Below, in pieces: positions 11,581 to 19,283 of a stretch of DNA of 53,598 nt. Under the pieces are notes generated by a model. The model had not been told where the DNA came from and ran no database searches. It saw only the letters and a program-made list of their open reading frames with translations. Source of the DNA: an uncultured Candidatus Saccharibacteria bacterium (GTDB taxonomy: Bacteria > Patescibacteriota > Minisyncoccia > Phycocordibacterales > Phycocordibacteraceae); the NCBI GenBank assembly GCA_964357395.1, contig CAYHLC010000001.1:1-53598 (forward strand), in the 5' to 3' direction. How positions within the stretch are numbered: the first letter of the stretch is position 1; every line of letters begins with the position of its first letter. Position numbers and translations under genes: made by a program.

Positions 11581-11844
11581 ATGGAGATTGAATTTAGACG
11601 CCCATCCGGTCCACCGCCAGAGATTCCGCCGTCAATGTTTTTAGCTATGACACTACTCCTTGTACTTGGGATGGTACTGGGGGGTAGCTTGGCAAAAGAC
11701 TATGCAATCGCAAACTTTGGGGAGCAATATGGCATTGCGGGACTTCTACTTATTTTCGGAGGTGTTCTTGGGGGTGGTTTGGCAGGCGGTGGTATTGGGG
11801 CATGCATCGCTTACTATGGTCGAAATAGTGATGACCCTTGGTGA
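11581..11844 (+). CDS. Small orphan membrane protein, 2 TM, Gly-rich
   Basis: Hydrophobic segments with a GxxxG run; TTGACC upstream. Confidence 0.65.
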   Translation: MEIEFRRPSGPPPEIPPSMFLAMTLLLVLGMVLGGSLAKDYAIANFGEQYGIAGLLLIFGGVLGGGLAGGGIGACIAYYGRNSDDPW

Positions 11845-11923
11845 GAATCTATCGATTTCGGAAATCGATACGTGTCGGTTCAAACGGTCCGAAAGGGTAG
11901 TTTTTGTTTGGTAGATTGAATCA

Positions 11924-12121
11924 ATGATCACAAGAAAGTTCCAGGCGTTCGTCAAGATTATTGGCTGGTGGTGCTTTTCGCTCGGCGTCCACGTCGATCT
12001 GCGCGGACCGCATATTGAAGTGCACTTCCCATTCGGATTTGCCCGCCTAGGGTGGATGTACACCGACACGGCAGAGGTAGGGGCCACTAAGTGGGAAACT
12101 GGCCTTTATGGCTGGGGCTAG
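11924..12121 (+). CDS. Small orphan protein, 65 aa
   Basis: TGG-TAGATT-N6-ATG leaderless start. Confidence 0.55.
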   Translation: MITRKFQAFVKIIGWWCFSLGVHVDLRGPHIEVHFPFGFARLGWMYTDTAEVGATKWETGLYGWG

Positions 12122-12143
12122 AGTAGCGCTATACTAGTGGACA

Positions 12144-12545
12144 ATGGCAGATACGTTTGGCGATAGGCTCCGCGCCCAGATGGCGGGCGACTCGGGGAAC
12201 AAGATGAAGGTGGCCCTCGAGGCGGTGAGCGAGTGGATAGAGGCCGAGGTCCTCGCTAACTTAGAGAAGACGATGGAGGCAGCAGCTACTGCGGGGAAGG
12301 ACCGGCACACCTTCGTGCATGTCTACAAGGGCGGCGCACACCCACAGAGCCACGAGATTGAGGAGTTGCTGAGCTACGTACTCTTGAAGGGGACCGCAGA
12401 CAAGCTCGGACTCGACATCCTCCCCATGAGCCACCGCCTGTTCGGCCCGAGGGACCCACGCGACTACCCCTGCCTCGAGATAGTGGTGAAGATTCCTCCG
12501 TCGTGGAAGGCCGACTACCCGAATTTAAAAATCTCAGCCTGGTAA
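12144..12545 (+). CDS. Hypothetical soluble protein
   Basis: 133-aa ORF with host-like codon usage; TATACT 8 nt before ATG. Confidence 0.7.
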   Translation: MADTFGDRLRAQMAGDSGNKMKVALEAVSEWIEAEVLANLEKTMEAAATAGKDRHTFVHVYKGGAHPQSHEIEELLSYVLLKGTADKLGLDILPMSHRLFGPRDPRDYPCLEIVVKIPPSWKADYPNLKISAW

Positions 12546-12549
12546 CTCT

Positions 12550-12831
12550 ATGTCACTCGAGCGCGCGTACTACATGGCGTCAGGTTTTGCGGGCTTTGCG
12601 TCCGGAACATCGTTCGCTTTCGCACTGCGAGCTTACGTGCAGATGAATGGGATATGGGAAAAGCCACACGGCGACCCCGTAGCACATGGCACTTTGGCCT
12701 ACCTCGACTCCACTCCGCTTGCGACGGAGTACCTATTCGAGCTCAGGGCGGGAGTAGTGCTCGCCGCCATCGCCCTCATCTTTGGGGCGCTGGCTTTGAA
12801 AGAAGGGAAGAAGGCGCGGCTCGGGGACTGA
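12550..12831 (+). CDS. Small orphan membrane protein, 2 TM, basic tail
   Basis: Closely coupled to the previous ORF; hydrophobic N- and C-terminal segments. Confidence 0.65.
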   Translation: MSLERAYYMASGFAGFASGTSFAFALRAYVQMNGIWEKPHGDPVAHGTLAYLDSTPLATEYLFELRAGVVLAAIALIFGALALKEGKKARLGD

Positions 12832-12871
12832 TTCCTTTGACATTAGTAGTCTGGCATGGTAAAATACCCGC

Positions 12872-13225
12872 ATGTCAAACCCAGTAGAATCCGCACACAA
12901 AATTGCTGGCATCCCTCGCGGGACCGAAGCTCACGCAAGTCTCTTTAGTCACATAGTCGGAGATGAAGCTTTGGAAGACGATGGCGAGCACGATGAGGAG
13001 GGGCCGATACATGGAGATTTGGGGTGGTTCATCCGATGGTTCAGCATCTTTGTAACAGGAGCCTTTGGCGCTTGGGTTGTTTATGACGCAGATGACCATT
13101 GGAAATGGGCAGGGTTCGCTAGCCTAGCTATCGCCTCAGCCCTCGCGGCAATTCCTGGCCGAAAAGAGAAAAGGACAAAGAGAAGGGGGAAAGGTAAGGG
13201 CAAAGGAAAGGGGAAGGGGAAGTAA
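12872..13225 (+). CDS. Small orphan membrane protein, 2 TM, C-terminal (GK)n tail
   Basis: TTGACA(12837)-N17-TAAAAT-N6-ATG; ends GKGKGKGKGKGK. Confidence 0.7.
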   Translation: MSNPVESAHKIAGIPRGTEAHASLFSHIVGDEALEDDGEHDEEGPIHGDLGWFIRWFSIFVTGAFGAWVVYDADDHWKWAGFASLAIASALAAIPGRKEKRTKRRGKGKGKGKGKGK

Positions 13226-13226
13226 T

Positions 13227-13255
13227 TTGACCTCGGCCCCGGGGGATGCTAGTAT
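13227..13255 (+). promoter_or_regulatory. Restart promoter for the rpsN-secY segment
   Basis: TTGACC-N17-TAGTAT with extended TG. Confidence 0.75.
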
Positions 13256-13325
13256 AGCGGAAGCGCTTACGGCGCATTTCTAATACCGTCAAAAGTAATA
13301 GGGACGCCCTCTAAGGCGCGAAAGT

Positions 13326-13595
13326 ATGGCTAAAAAGTCACAACTCGCCCGAAACATAAAAAGAATCCGCTTGACGGAGCGTTTTGCTGCAAAGCGCGCT
13401 GAGCTGAAGGCCGCAGGGGACAATGCAGGCTTGCAGAAGCTCCCACGTAACTCCAGCCCTGTCCGTATCAAGAACCGCTGCTCTATCACTGGCCGCTCAC
13501 GCGCGTACCTTCGTCAGTTTGGCGTATCACGTATCCAGTTCAGAGAGATGGCACGCCGTGGCGAGTTGCCAGGAGTTAAGAAAGCAAGCTGGTAA
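13326..13595 (+). CDS. rpsN: 30S ribosomal protein S14, long Zn-independent type
   Basis: [14 protein letters not shown]...LPGVKKASW; only one Cys. Confidence 0.98.
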   Translation: MAKKSQLARNIKRIRLTERFAAKRAELKAAGDNAGLQKLPRNSSPVRIKNRCSITGRSRAYLRQFGVSRIQFREMARRGELPGVKKASW

Positions 13596-13600
13596 ACACT

Positions 13601-13996
13601 ATGGTAACTGACGTCATCGGCGATTTCATAAACAGACTCACAACGGCAACTGCAGTCAAGAAGACCGCGGTGTCTATTCCGTTTTCGAACCTTAAGCACC
13701 AGATCGCACTCGTACTGAAGCGCGAGGGATATATCGGCGAGATTACGGAAGAGAAGGACGACGTCGGCAAGACGCTGACCTTGGCACTCGCGTATGACGG
13801 AGATGGTGAGCCCCGCATCCACGGCGTCAAGCGTGTCTCGAAGCCTGGACGCCGCCTCTACCTCGGCACCAAGGATGTCCACCCAATCAAGAACGGCAAG
13901 GGATGCCTCATCCTCACAACGCCAAAGGGCATCATGACGGACGCAGACGCACGCAAGAACCGCGTTGGCGGCGAGACCATGTTCACCATCTGGTAA
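13601..13996 (+). CDS. rpsH: 30S ribosomal protein S8
   Basis: LKREGYI, RVSKPGRRLY, TPKGIMT. Confidence 0.98.
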   Translation: MVTDVIGDFINRLTTATAVKKTAVSIPFSNLKHQIALVLKREGYIGEITEEKDDVGKTLTLALAYDGDGEPRIHGVKRVSKPGRRLYLGTKDVHPIKNGKGCLILTTPKGIMTDADARKNRVGGETMFTIW

Positions 13997-14002
13997 ATCT
14001 AT

Positions 14003-14539
14003 ATGTCACGCATAGGAAAAAACGTCATCGCGATCCCAGAAAAAACCGAAGTATCGGTCACGGATGACATGCTCACGATCAAGGGCCCACTCGGCTCACT
14101 CACAAAGAAGATCCACCCGTACGTATCGGTTGCGGTTACCCCCGAGGGCGTCTTGGTAACGCCAGCCAACCAGTCCAAGCTCGGCCGCTCGCTCTGGGGT
14201 ACATACGCATCGCACGTCAAGAACATGATTAAGGGTGTTACAAGTAAGTACTCACGAAGGTTGGAGTTGCAGGGTATCGGCTACAAGGTTGAGCTCCAGG
14301 GCAAGAGCCTCAAGTTCCAGGTCGGCTTCTCACACCCAGTACTGATCGCAGCCCCCGCAGGAGTCGATGTGTTGGTAGAGAAGAACATCATTACCGTCTC
14401 TGGTATCGACAAGGAGGCAGTAGGCCAGTTTGCGGCAAACGTCCGTGCTATCAAGAAGCCTGAGCCCTACAAGGGCAAGGGTATCCGTTACGAGGGCGAG
14501 TATGTCCGCCAGAAGGAGGGTAAGAAGGCAGCCGCATAA
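14003..14539 (+). CDS. rplF: 50S ribosomal protein L6
   Basis: MSRIGK, PEPYKGKGIRY. Confidence 0.98.
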   Translation: MSRIGKNVIAIPEKTEVSVTDDMLTIKGPLGSLTKKIHPYVSVAVTPEGVLVTPANQSKLGRSLWGTYASHVKNMIKGVTSKYSRRLELQGIGYKVELQGKSLKFQVGFSHPVLIAAPAGVDVLVEKNIITVSGIDKEAVGQFAANVRAIKKPEPYKGKGIRYEGEYVRQKEGKKAAA

Positions 14540-14542
14540 CAT

Positions 14543-14899
14543 ATGAGCAAGCTCACACCAAAAACAAAGACAGCTCTCCGCATCCGCCGCCACAAGCGCA
14601 TCCGCGCTCGCGTACGTGGTACCGCTAAGAAGCCGCGGCTTGCCGTATTCCGCTCGAACCGCTTTGTCTACGCGCAGGTTATCAATGACGATACTGGTAC
14701 GACGATCGCATCCGCTTCTGCACTCGGCGACAAGAAGATGTCTCTCCTCGATCAGGCAAAGGTGGTGGGTATCGCGATCGCAAAGGATGCAAAAGGGAAG
14801 GGCGTGACCGCAGTTGTGTTTGATCGAGGTGGCTTTACCTACGCAGGACGCATCGCAGCACTCGCAGACGCAGCACGAGCAGGAGGACTAACATTTTAA
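14543..14899 (+). CDS. rplR: 50S ribosomal protein L18
   Basis: [15 protein letters not shown]. Confidence 0.98.
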   Translation: MSKLTPKTKTALRIRRHKRIRARVRGTAKKPRLAVFRSNRFVYAQVINDDTGTTIASASALGDKKMSLLDQAKVVGIAIAKDAKGKGVTAVVFDRGGFTYAGRIAALADAARAGGLTF

Positions 14900-14904
14900 A
14901 CACT

Positions 14905-15534
14905 ATGACTAACGAACCAGAAGTACAGCCAGCAGCCGCACCAACCGAGAACGCGCCCGTCGAGAGCACGCTCCTAGTAGAGGCACCCCGCGGGCCAGCT
15001 CGCCGTGGCGGTGGCAGAGGAGGGGACCGCGGCGGCGGACGTGGCGGCGGCAGAGGAGGGGACCGCGGCCGTGGTGGACGTGCACCCCGCCGTGACGCGC
15101 CAAAGTCAGAGTTTGACCAGAAGATCATCCAGCTCCGCAGGGTGTCGCGCGTGGTTGCAGGTGGACGCCGCTTTTCATTCTCCGCTACTGTAGTTGCCGG
15201 TGACCGAAAGGGTCGCGTCGGCGTGGGTATCGGCAAGGGAGGCGACACCGCGCTCGCCGTCGACAAGGCGTTCCGTGATGCGAAGCGTAAGATGATCCGC
15301 GTACGCACGACCGAGGGTATGTCTATTGCTCACGAAGTAACAGCAAAGAACTCGTCGGGCATCGTCGAGATTCGCCCCGCACCAGATAGGGGTATTGTTG
15401 CTGGCTCATCAGTCAAGGTCGTCTTGGAGCTCGCCGGTCTCAAGGATCTTACGTCTAAGATACTCTCTGGCTCGAAGAACAAGCTCAACATTGCACGTGC
15501 TGCTATCGACGCTCTCCAGAAGCTCAAGAAATAA
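14905..15534 (+). CDS. rpsE: 30S ribosomal protein S5 with RGG-rich N-terminal extension
   Basis: RVSRVVAGGRRFSF, GVGIGKG. Confidence 0.98.
   Translation: MTNEPEVQPAAAPTENAPVESTLLVEAPRGPARRGGGRGGDRGGGRGGGRGGDRGRGGRAPRRDAPKSEFDQKIIQLRRVSRVVAGGRRFSFSATVVAGDRKGRVGVGIGKGGDTALAVDKAFRDAKRKMIRVRTTEGMSIAHEVTAKNSSGIVEIRPAPDRGIVAGSSVKVVLELAGLKDLTSKILSGSKNKLNIARAAIDALQKLKK
15004..15069 (+). repeat. In-frame tandem duplication (36-bp period) in the rpsE N-terminus
   Basis: CGTGGCGGYGGCAGAGGAGGGGACCGCGGC twice, encoding RGGGRGGDRG. Confidence 0.85.
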
Positions 15535-15536
15535 CT

Positions 15537-16007
15537 ATGGCCACTCTAACGAACTCGAATCTCTCATCACTTAAGAAACCTGCAAGCATCAAGGAGGCAC
15601 GACGTGTCGGCCGCGGTGGTAAGCGCGGCAAGACGAGCGGCCGCGGGGGTAAGGGCCAGACGGCTCGCGCTGGTAACAAGCGCCGACCAGAGTGGCGCGA
15701 TATCATCAAGAAGATTCCTAAGCTTCGTGGGCACGGCGTCAACCGCTCATCAACGGTGCGTCCCAAGGTCACCGCAGCCCCGCTCACGCTGGAGAGCTTG
15801 GAGCGCAACTTTAGCGGAGGGGAGACCGTTACGGTCAAGGCACTGGTAGATAAGGGCATCGTCCGCCGCGTATCTGGCGGGATCCCACCGATGAAGGTGC
15901 TTGCTCGAGGCGAGTTGACCAAGAAGCTCACCATCGTAAAGGGCATCCTCCTCTCCGAAGACGCAAAAGCTAAGATCCTCGCCGCAGGGGGTACTATTGA
16001 GGAATAA
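15537..16007 (+). CDS. rplO: 50S ribosomal protein L15
   Basis: RRVGRGGKRGKTSGRGGKGQTAR. Confidence 0.97.
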   Translation: MATLTNSNLSSLKKPASIKEARRVGRGGKRGKTSGRGGKGQTARAGNKRRPEWRDIIKKIPKLRGHGVNRSSTVRPKVTAAPLTLESLERNFSGGETVTVKALVDKGIVRRVSGGIPPMKVLARGELTKKLTIVKGILLSEDAKAKILAAGGTIEE

Positions 16008-17285
16008 ATGAACGCTTTCTTTACAAAACTACGACTCATCTTTTCCGACTCGGGACTCCTGAGGCGACTTGGCTTCATCATCGGCATTTTGGTTCTGTTC
16101 CGCCTCCTTGCGACTATCCCGATCCCTGGCGTTAACGAGTTGCAGCTCACGCAGTTCTTTAACGACTCACAGCTCCTCGGCGCCCTCAGCGTCTTTTCGG
16201 GTGGTGGACTCTCGAACCTCTCTATCATGATGCTCGGCGTCGGCCCCTACATTACGGCCGCTATCGTCATGCAGCTCCTCACCGTCCTCGTCCCGTCGCT
16301 AAAATCAATGTACCAGGAAGAGGGAGAAATGGGGCGTAAGCGTTTCAACCAGTACTCACGCCTCCTGATGGTTCCTATGGCAATACTGCAGGGTGTAGGC
16401 CTCCTCTATTACTTCGAAACGCAGGGATTGGTGGAGAGCCTCTCGACATACTACTTTGCTATCAACGTCGCGGTCGTGACTGCAGGCTCGATATTCCTTA
16501 CCTGGATGGGCGAGCTGATGAGCGAGTTCGGCATCGGCAACGGTGTGTCCCTCATCATCTTTGCAGGCATCGTAGCGGGCCTTCCTGCAACTATCGCACA
16601 GCTCGCGTTCACCTTCGATGTATCCCAGGTTCCGCTCTACCTCTCGTTCGTCGTAGCGGCGGTCCTCATTACTTTCGGCGTTGTGTACATTTCTGAAGCA
16701 GAGCGCCCAGTCCCCGTTACCTACGCCAAGCGCGTAGTGGGAGCCCAGGTAACCGGTGGCGTGCAGACGTACGTACCGCTCCGCCTCAACCAGGCAGGCG
16801 TCATGCCGATCATCTTTGCGCTGTCGATCCTGACGCTGCCACAGATGGGACTCCAGTTCCTCGCAAGCTGGACCGCAGCTCCCGGTGGCCTCTCGGCACT
16901 CGCACAGACCTTGCTCACGTTCCCAGGCGCCTCCGCTGCGTACGCTCTGTCGTACTTCCTCTTCGTGTTTCTCTTCACGTACTTCTTTACTGCTGTGACT
17001 ATTGACCCAACGCAGATGGCCAATAACTTGCAGAAGAACGGTGCGTTCGTCCCCGGCGTACGTCCTGGTGTCGCAACCGCAGAGCACCTCGGCCGCGTCA
17101 TCACCCGTATCACCTTGGTTGGTGCCGTGTTCCTCGGCGTCATTGCAGTCTTGCCGCTCCTCATGCAGTACCTGACCGGCATCACCGCCCTTGCCCTTGG
17201 TGGCACCGCACTCCTCATCGTCGTGTCCGTAGTCCTCGACCTTGTCCGCAAGATCGACGCACAGATCAGTCTCCGCGAATACTAA
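16008..17285 (+). CDS. secY: Preprotein translocase SecY
   Basis: LGVGPYITA, GIGNGVSLIIF, GVMPIIFA, VPGVRPG. Confidence 0.99.
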   Translation: MNAFFTKLRLIFSDSGLLRRLGFIIGILVLFRLLATIPIPGVNELQLTQFFNDSQLLGALSVFSGGGLSNLSIMMLGVGPYITAAIVMQLLTVLVPSLKSMYQEEGEMGRKRFNQYSRLLMVPMAILQGVGLLYYFETQGLVESLSTYYFAINVAVVTAGSIFLTWMGELMSEFGIGNGVSLIIFAGIVAGLPATIAQLAFTFDVSQVPLYLSFVVAAVLITFGVVYISEAERPVPVTYAKRVVGAQVTGGVQTYVPLRLNQAGVMPIIFALSILTLPQMGLQFLASWTAAPGGLSALAQTLLTFPGASAAYALSYFLFVFLFTYFFTAVTIDPTQMANNLQKNGAFVPGVRPGVATAEHLGRVITRITLVGAVFLGVIAVLPLLMQYLTGITALALGGTALLIVVSVVLDLVRKIDAQISLREY

Positions 17286-17289
17286 ACCC

Positions 17290-17314
17290 AAGCCGCCCGA
17301 GAGGGCGGTTTTTT
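17290..17314 (+). terminator. Intrinsic terminator after secY
   Basis: AAGCCGCCC-GAGA-GGGCGGTTTTTT. Confidence 0.9.
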
Positions 17315-17328
17315 GTTACACTGGCAGG

Positions 17329-17907
17329 ATGGAAAAGAACGTCATTGTGGTCGCAGGACCAACCGGGAGCGGGAAGGACGCCATCATACAGGAGTTGATA
17401 AAACGCTATCCAAAAATTGTGTTTGCAATAAACGCGGTGACACGCGCTCCGCGTCCGGGCGAGATTGATGGTGTCCACTATCACTTTATGACCAACGAAC
17501 AGTTCGTTGAGGAAATGGCAAACGGCAACATTCCAGAACACTACCTACGGAAGTCGATTAATGCCTACTACGGCCTCTACAAGCCGGAGCTTGATGCCCG
17601 ACTCGCCGAAGGTAAGATCGTTGCGTTCCAGATTCAGATAATGGGAGCTCGGTACCTCAAGGAGCACTACAACGCTACAACGTTCTTTGTTATGCCAAAG
17701 TCTATGGAAGAATTTGAACATCGTGTGCGTGGTCGTGCCCCTATGTCTGACGCAGAATGGCAGGAGCGAAAAGAATTTACTGAGCGTGAGATCAATGAGG
17801 AATCCGCCTTTTATGACCACATCATCAAGAACGAAGAGGGGAGGCTCGAGCACTCGGTCGACCAAGTGGTCGAAATTCTGAGGAAAGAGGGGTACGTGTT
17901 AGAATAA
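17329..17907 (+). CDS. gmk: Guanylate kinase-like protein
   Basis: GPTGSGKD P-loop, TRAPRPGEIDGVHYHF; TACACT-N6-ATG start. Confidence 0.88.
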   Translation: MEKNVIVVAGPTGSGKDAIIQELIKRYPKIVFAINAVTRAPRPGEIDGVHYHFMTNEQFVEEMANGNIPEHYLRKSINAYYGLYKPELDARLAEGKIVAFQIQIMGARYLKEHYNATTFFVMPKSMEEFEHRVRGRAPMSDAEWQERKEFTEREINEESAFYDHIIKNEEGRLEHSVDQVVEILRKEGYVLE

Positions 17908-17913
17908 AAGTAC

Positions 17914-18507
17914 ATGTCACCAATGCCACAGGGTCCGGCACGGACCATATTTTTTGTCGGTCGCCCGGGATCGGGGAAGGAGACACAGGCGCGCCTCATG
18001 GCCGAGAAAACCGGCTTTCATATCCTCTCAACTGGCGAGAAGTTCCGAGAATTGCGCGAGCACCGCGACGAACTCGGCACCCGCGTACGTGAGGCCTACG
18101 ATACCGGCAAGCTCCTGCCATCGTGGTTTGCAGATTATCTCTTTGAGGACGCGATACTCAAATTGTCACACTCGACCGGCATCATTCTTGAGGGCTCGGG
18201 CCGCACCGTAGTGCAGGCGCAGCTGATCCACGACATACTGGCCTGGCTGCACCGCCCGTACCGCGTTATACACCTCGTTATTAGCGAGGAGGAGGCGACA
18301 AGGAGGCAGGCAGCCCGCGCATCGGTTGCAAATAGACCTGAGAGTGATACTGCAGAAAAGATCAAGCTTCGTCTTGAAGAGTTTCAGACCTGCACACTAC
18401 CCGCTATCGAGGTCTTCGCTGCGAAGGATGCAGTTATCGAAGTAGATGGCGAGCGACCTATCGAGGAGATCCACGCCGACATAATGAAGCGGTTCGGACT
18501 GATCTAG
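17914..18507 (+). CDS. adk: Adenylate kinase family protein, short LID
   Basis: GRPGSGKETQA, STGEKFR; position between secY and map. Confidence 0.85.
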   Translation: MSPMPQGPARTIFFVGRPGSGKETQARLMAEKTGFHILSTGEKFRELREHRDELGTRVREAYDTGKLLPSWFADYLFEDAILKLSHSTGIILEGSGRTVVQAQLIHDILAWLHRPYRVIHLVISEEEATRRQAARASVANRPESDTAEKIKLRLEEFQTCTLPAIEVFAAKDAVIEVDGERPIEEIHADIMKRFGLI

Positions 18508-18508
18508 C

Positions 18509-19276
18509 ATGATTGCAGCTTCGGATGATGTACGTGCCAAGCTCCGAGAGGGCGGCAAGCGACTTGGAGTCATATTGCAAAAAGTTGGCGCAGCGACTGT
18601 GCCCGGAGTTACTACGGACGCACTCAACACATTGTGTGAGCAGCTGATCCGCGAGGGAGGGGACACCCCGTCCCTCGTCGGCTATACCCCATCGGGTGCC
18701 AAGCGTCCGTATCCTGCGACCATCTGCATATCCATAAACGACGAGGTAGTGCACGGCATCCCGAACGAAAACCCAAAGACTATTAACGAAGGCGATTTGG
18801 TCGGCCTTGATTGTGTGATGACGCACGAAGGATTCCTCGTCGACTCTGCGATAACGGTGATCGCGGGCAAGGGGAGTGCGGAGGACGAAGCGATGGTCGC
18901 AGCGACCCGCGAGGCGCTGATGGCAGGTATCAATGCAGCTCGGGCAGGGAATAGGATTGGCGATATATCAGCTGCGATCGAGAAGGTGGGTGTCGACAGT
19001 GGCTATGGAGTCGTGTACGAGCTTGGTGGGCATGGCGTGGGCAAGAAGGTGCACGAGGCACCGTATGTACCAAACGTGGGGGACGCGGGGACTGGCGAAC
19101 TGCTCTTCAAGGGTATGGTGATAGCGATCGAACCTATGTTTACGCATGGCACCCCGAAGGTCAAGCTGATGCCAGACGGGTACACCTTCGTCACTCGCGA
19201 CGGTAGCCGCGCGGCCCACTTCGAGCACACCATCCTCATCACCGACTCCGCCCCCGAAATTTTGACTGCGCTATAA
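18509..19276 (+). CDS. map: Methionine aminopeptidase type I
   Basis: CISINDEVVHGIP, GHGVG..HE, IEPM, HFEHT. Confidence 0.97.
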   Translation: MIAASDDVRAKLREGGKRLGVILQKVGAATVPGVTTDALNTLCEQLIREGGDTPSLVGYTPSGAKRPYPATICISINDEVVHGIPNENPKTINEGDLVGLDCVMTHEGFLVDSAITVIAGKGSAEDEAMVAATREALMAGINAARAGNRIGDISAAIEKVGVDSGYGVVYELGGHGVGKKVHEAPYVPNVGDAGTGELLFKGMVIAIEPMFTHGTPKVKLMPDGYTFVTRDGSRAAHFEHTILITDSAPEILTAL

Positions 19277-19283
19277 TGCGGGG

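Noticed and set aside
11080-13225. Integron cassette array (attC sites)
   Set aside because: A TAAC...GTTAAAT pair flanks one terminator, but it is too short and has no L boxes; there is no intI, and the genes carry their own promoters.
16356-17291. Long antisense ORFs opposite secY (also opposite ftsH, 38262-39233, and hyfG)
   Set aside because: Expected shadows of GC-rich codon bias; no recognisable motifs or start signals.
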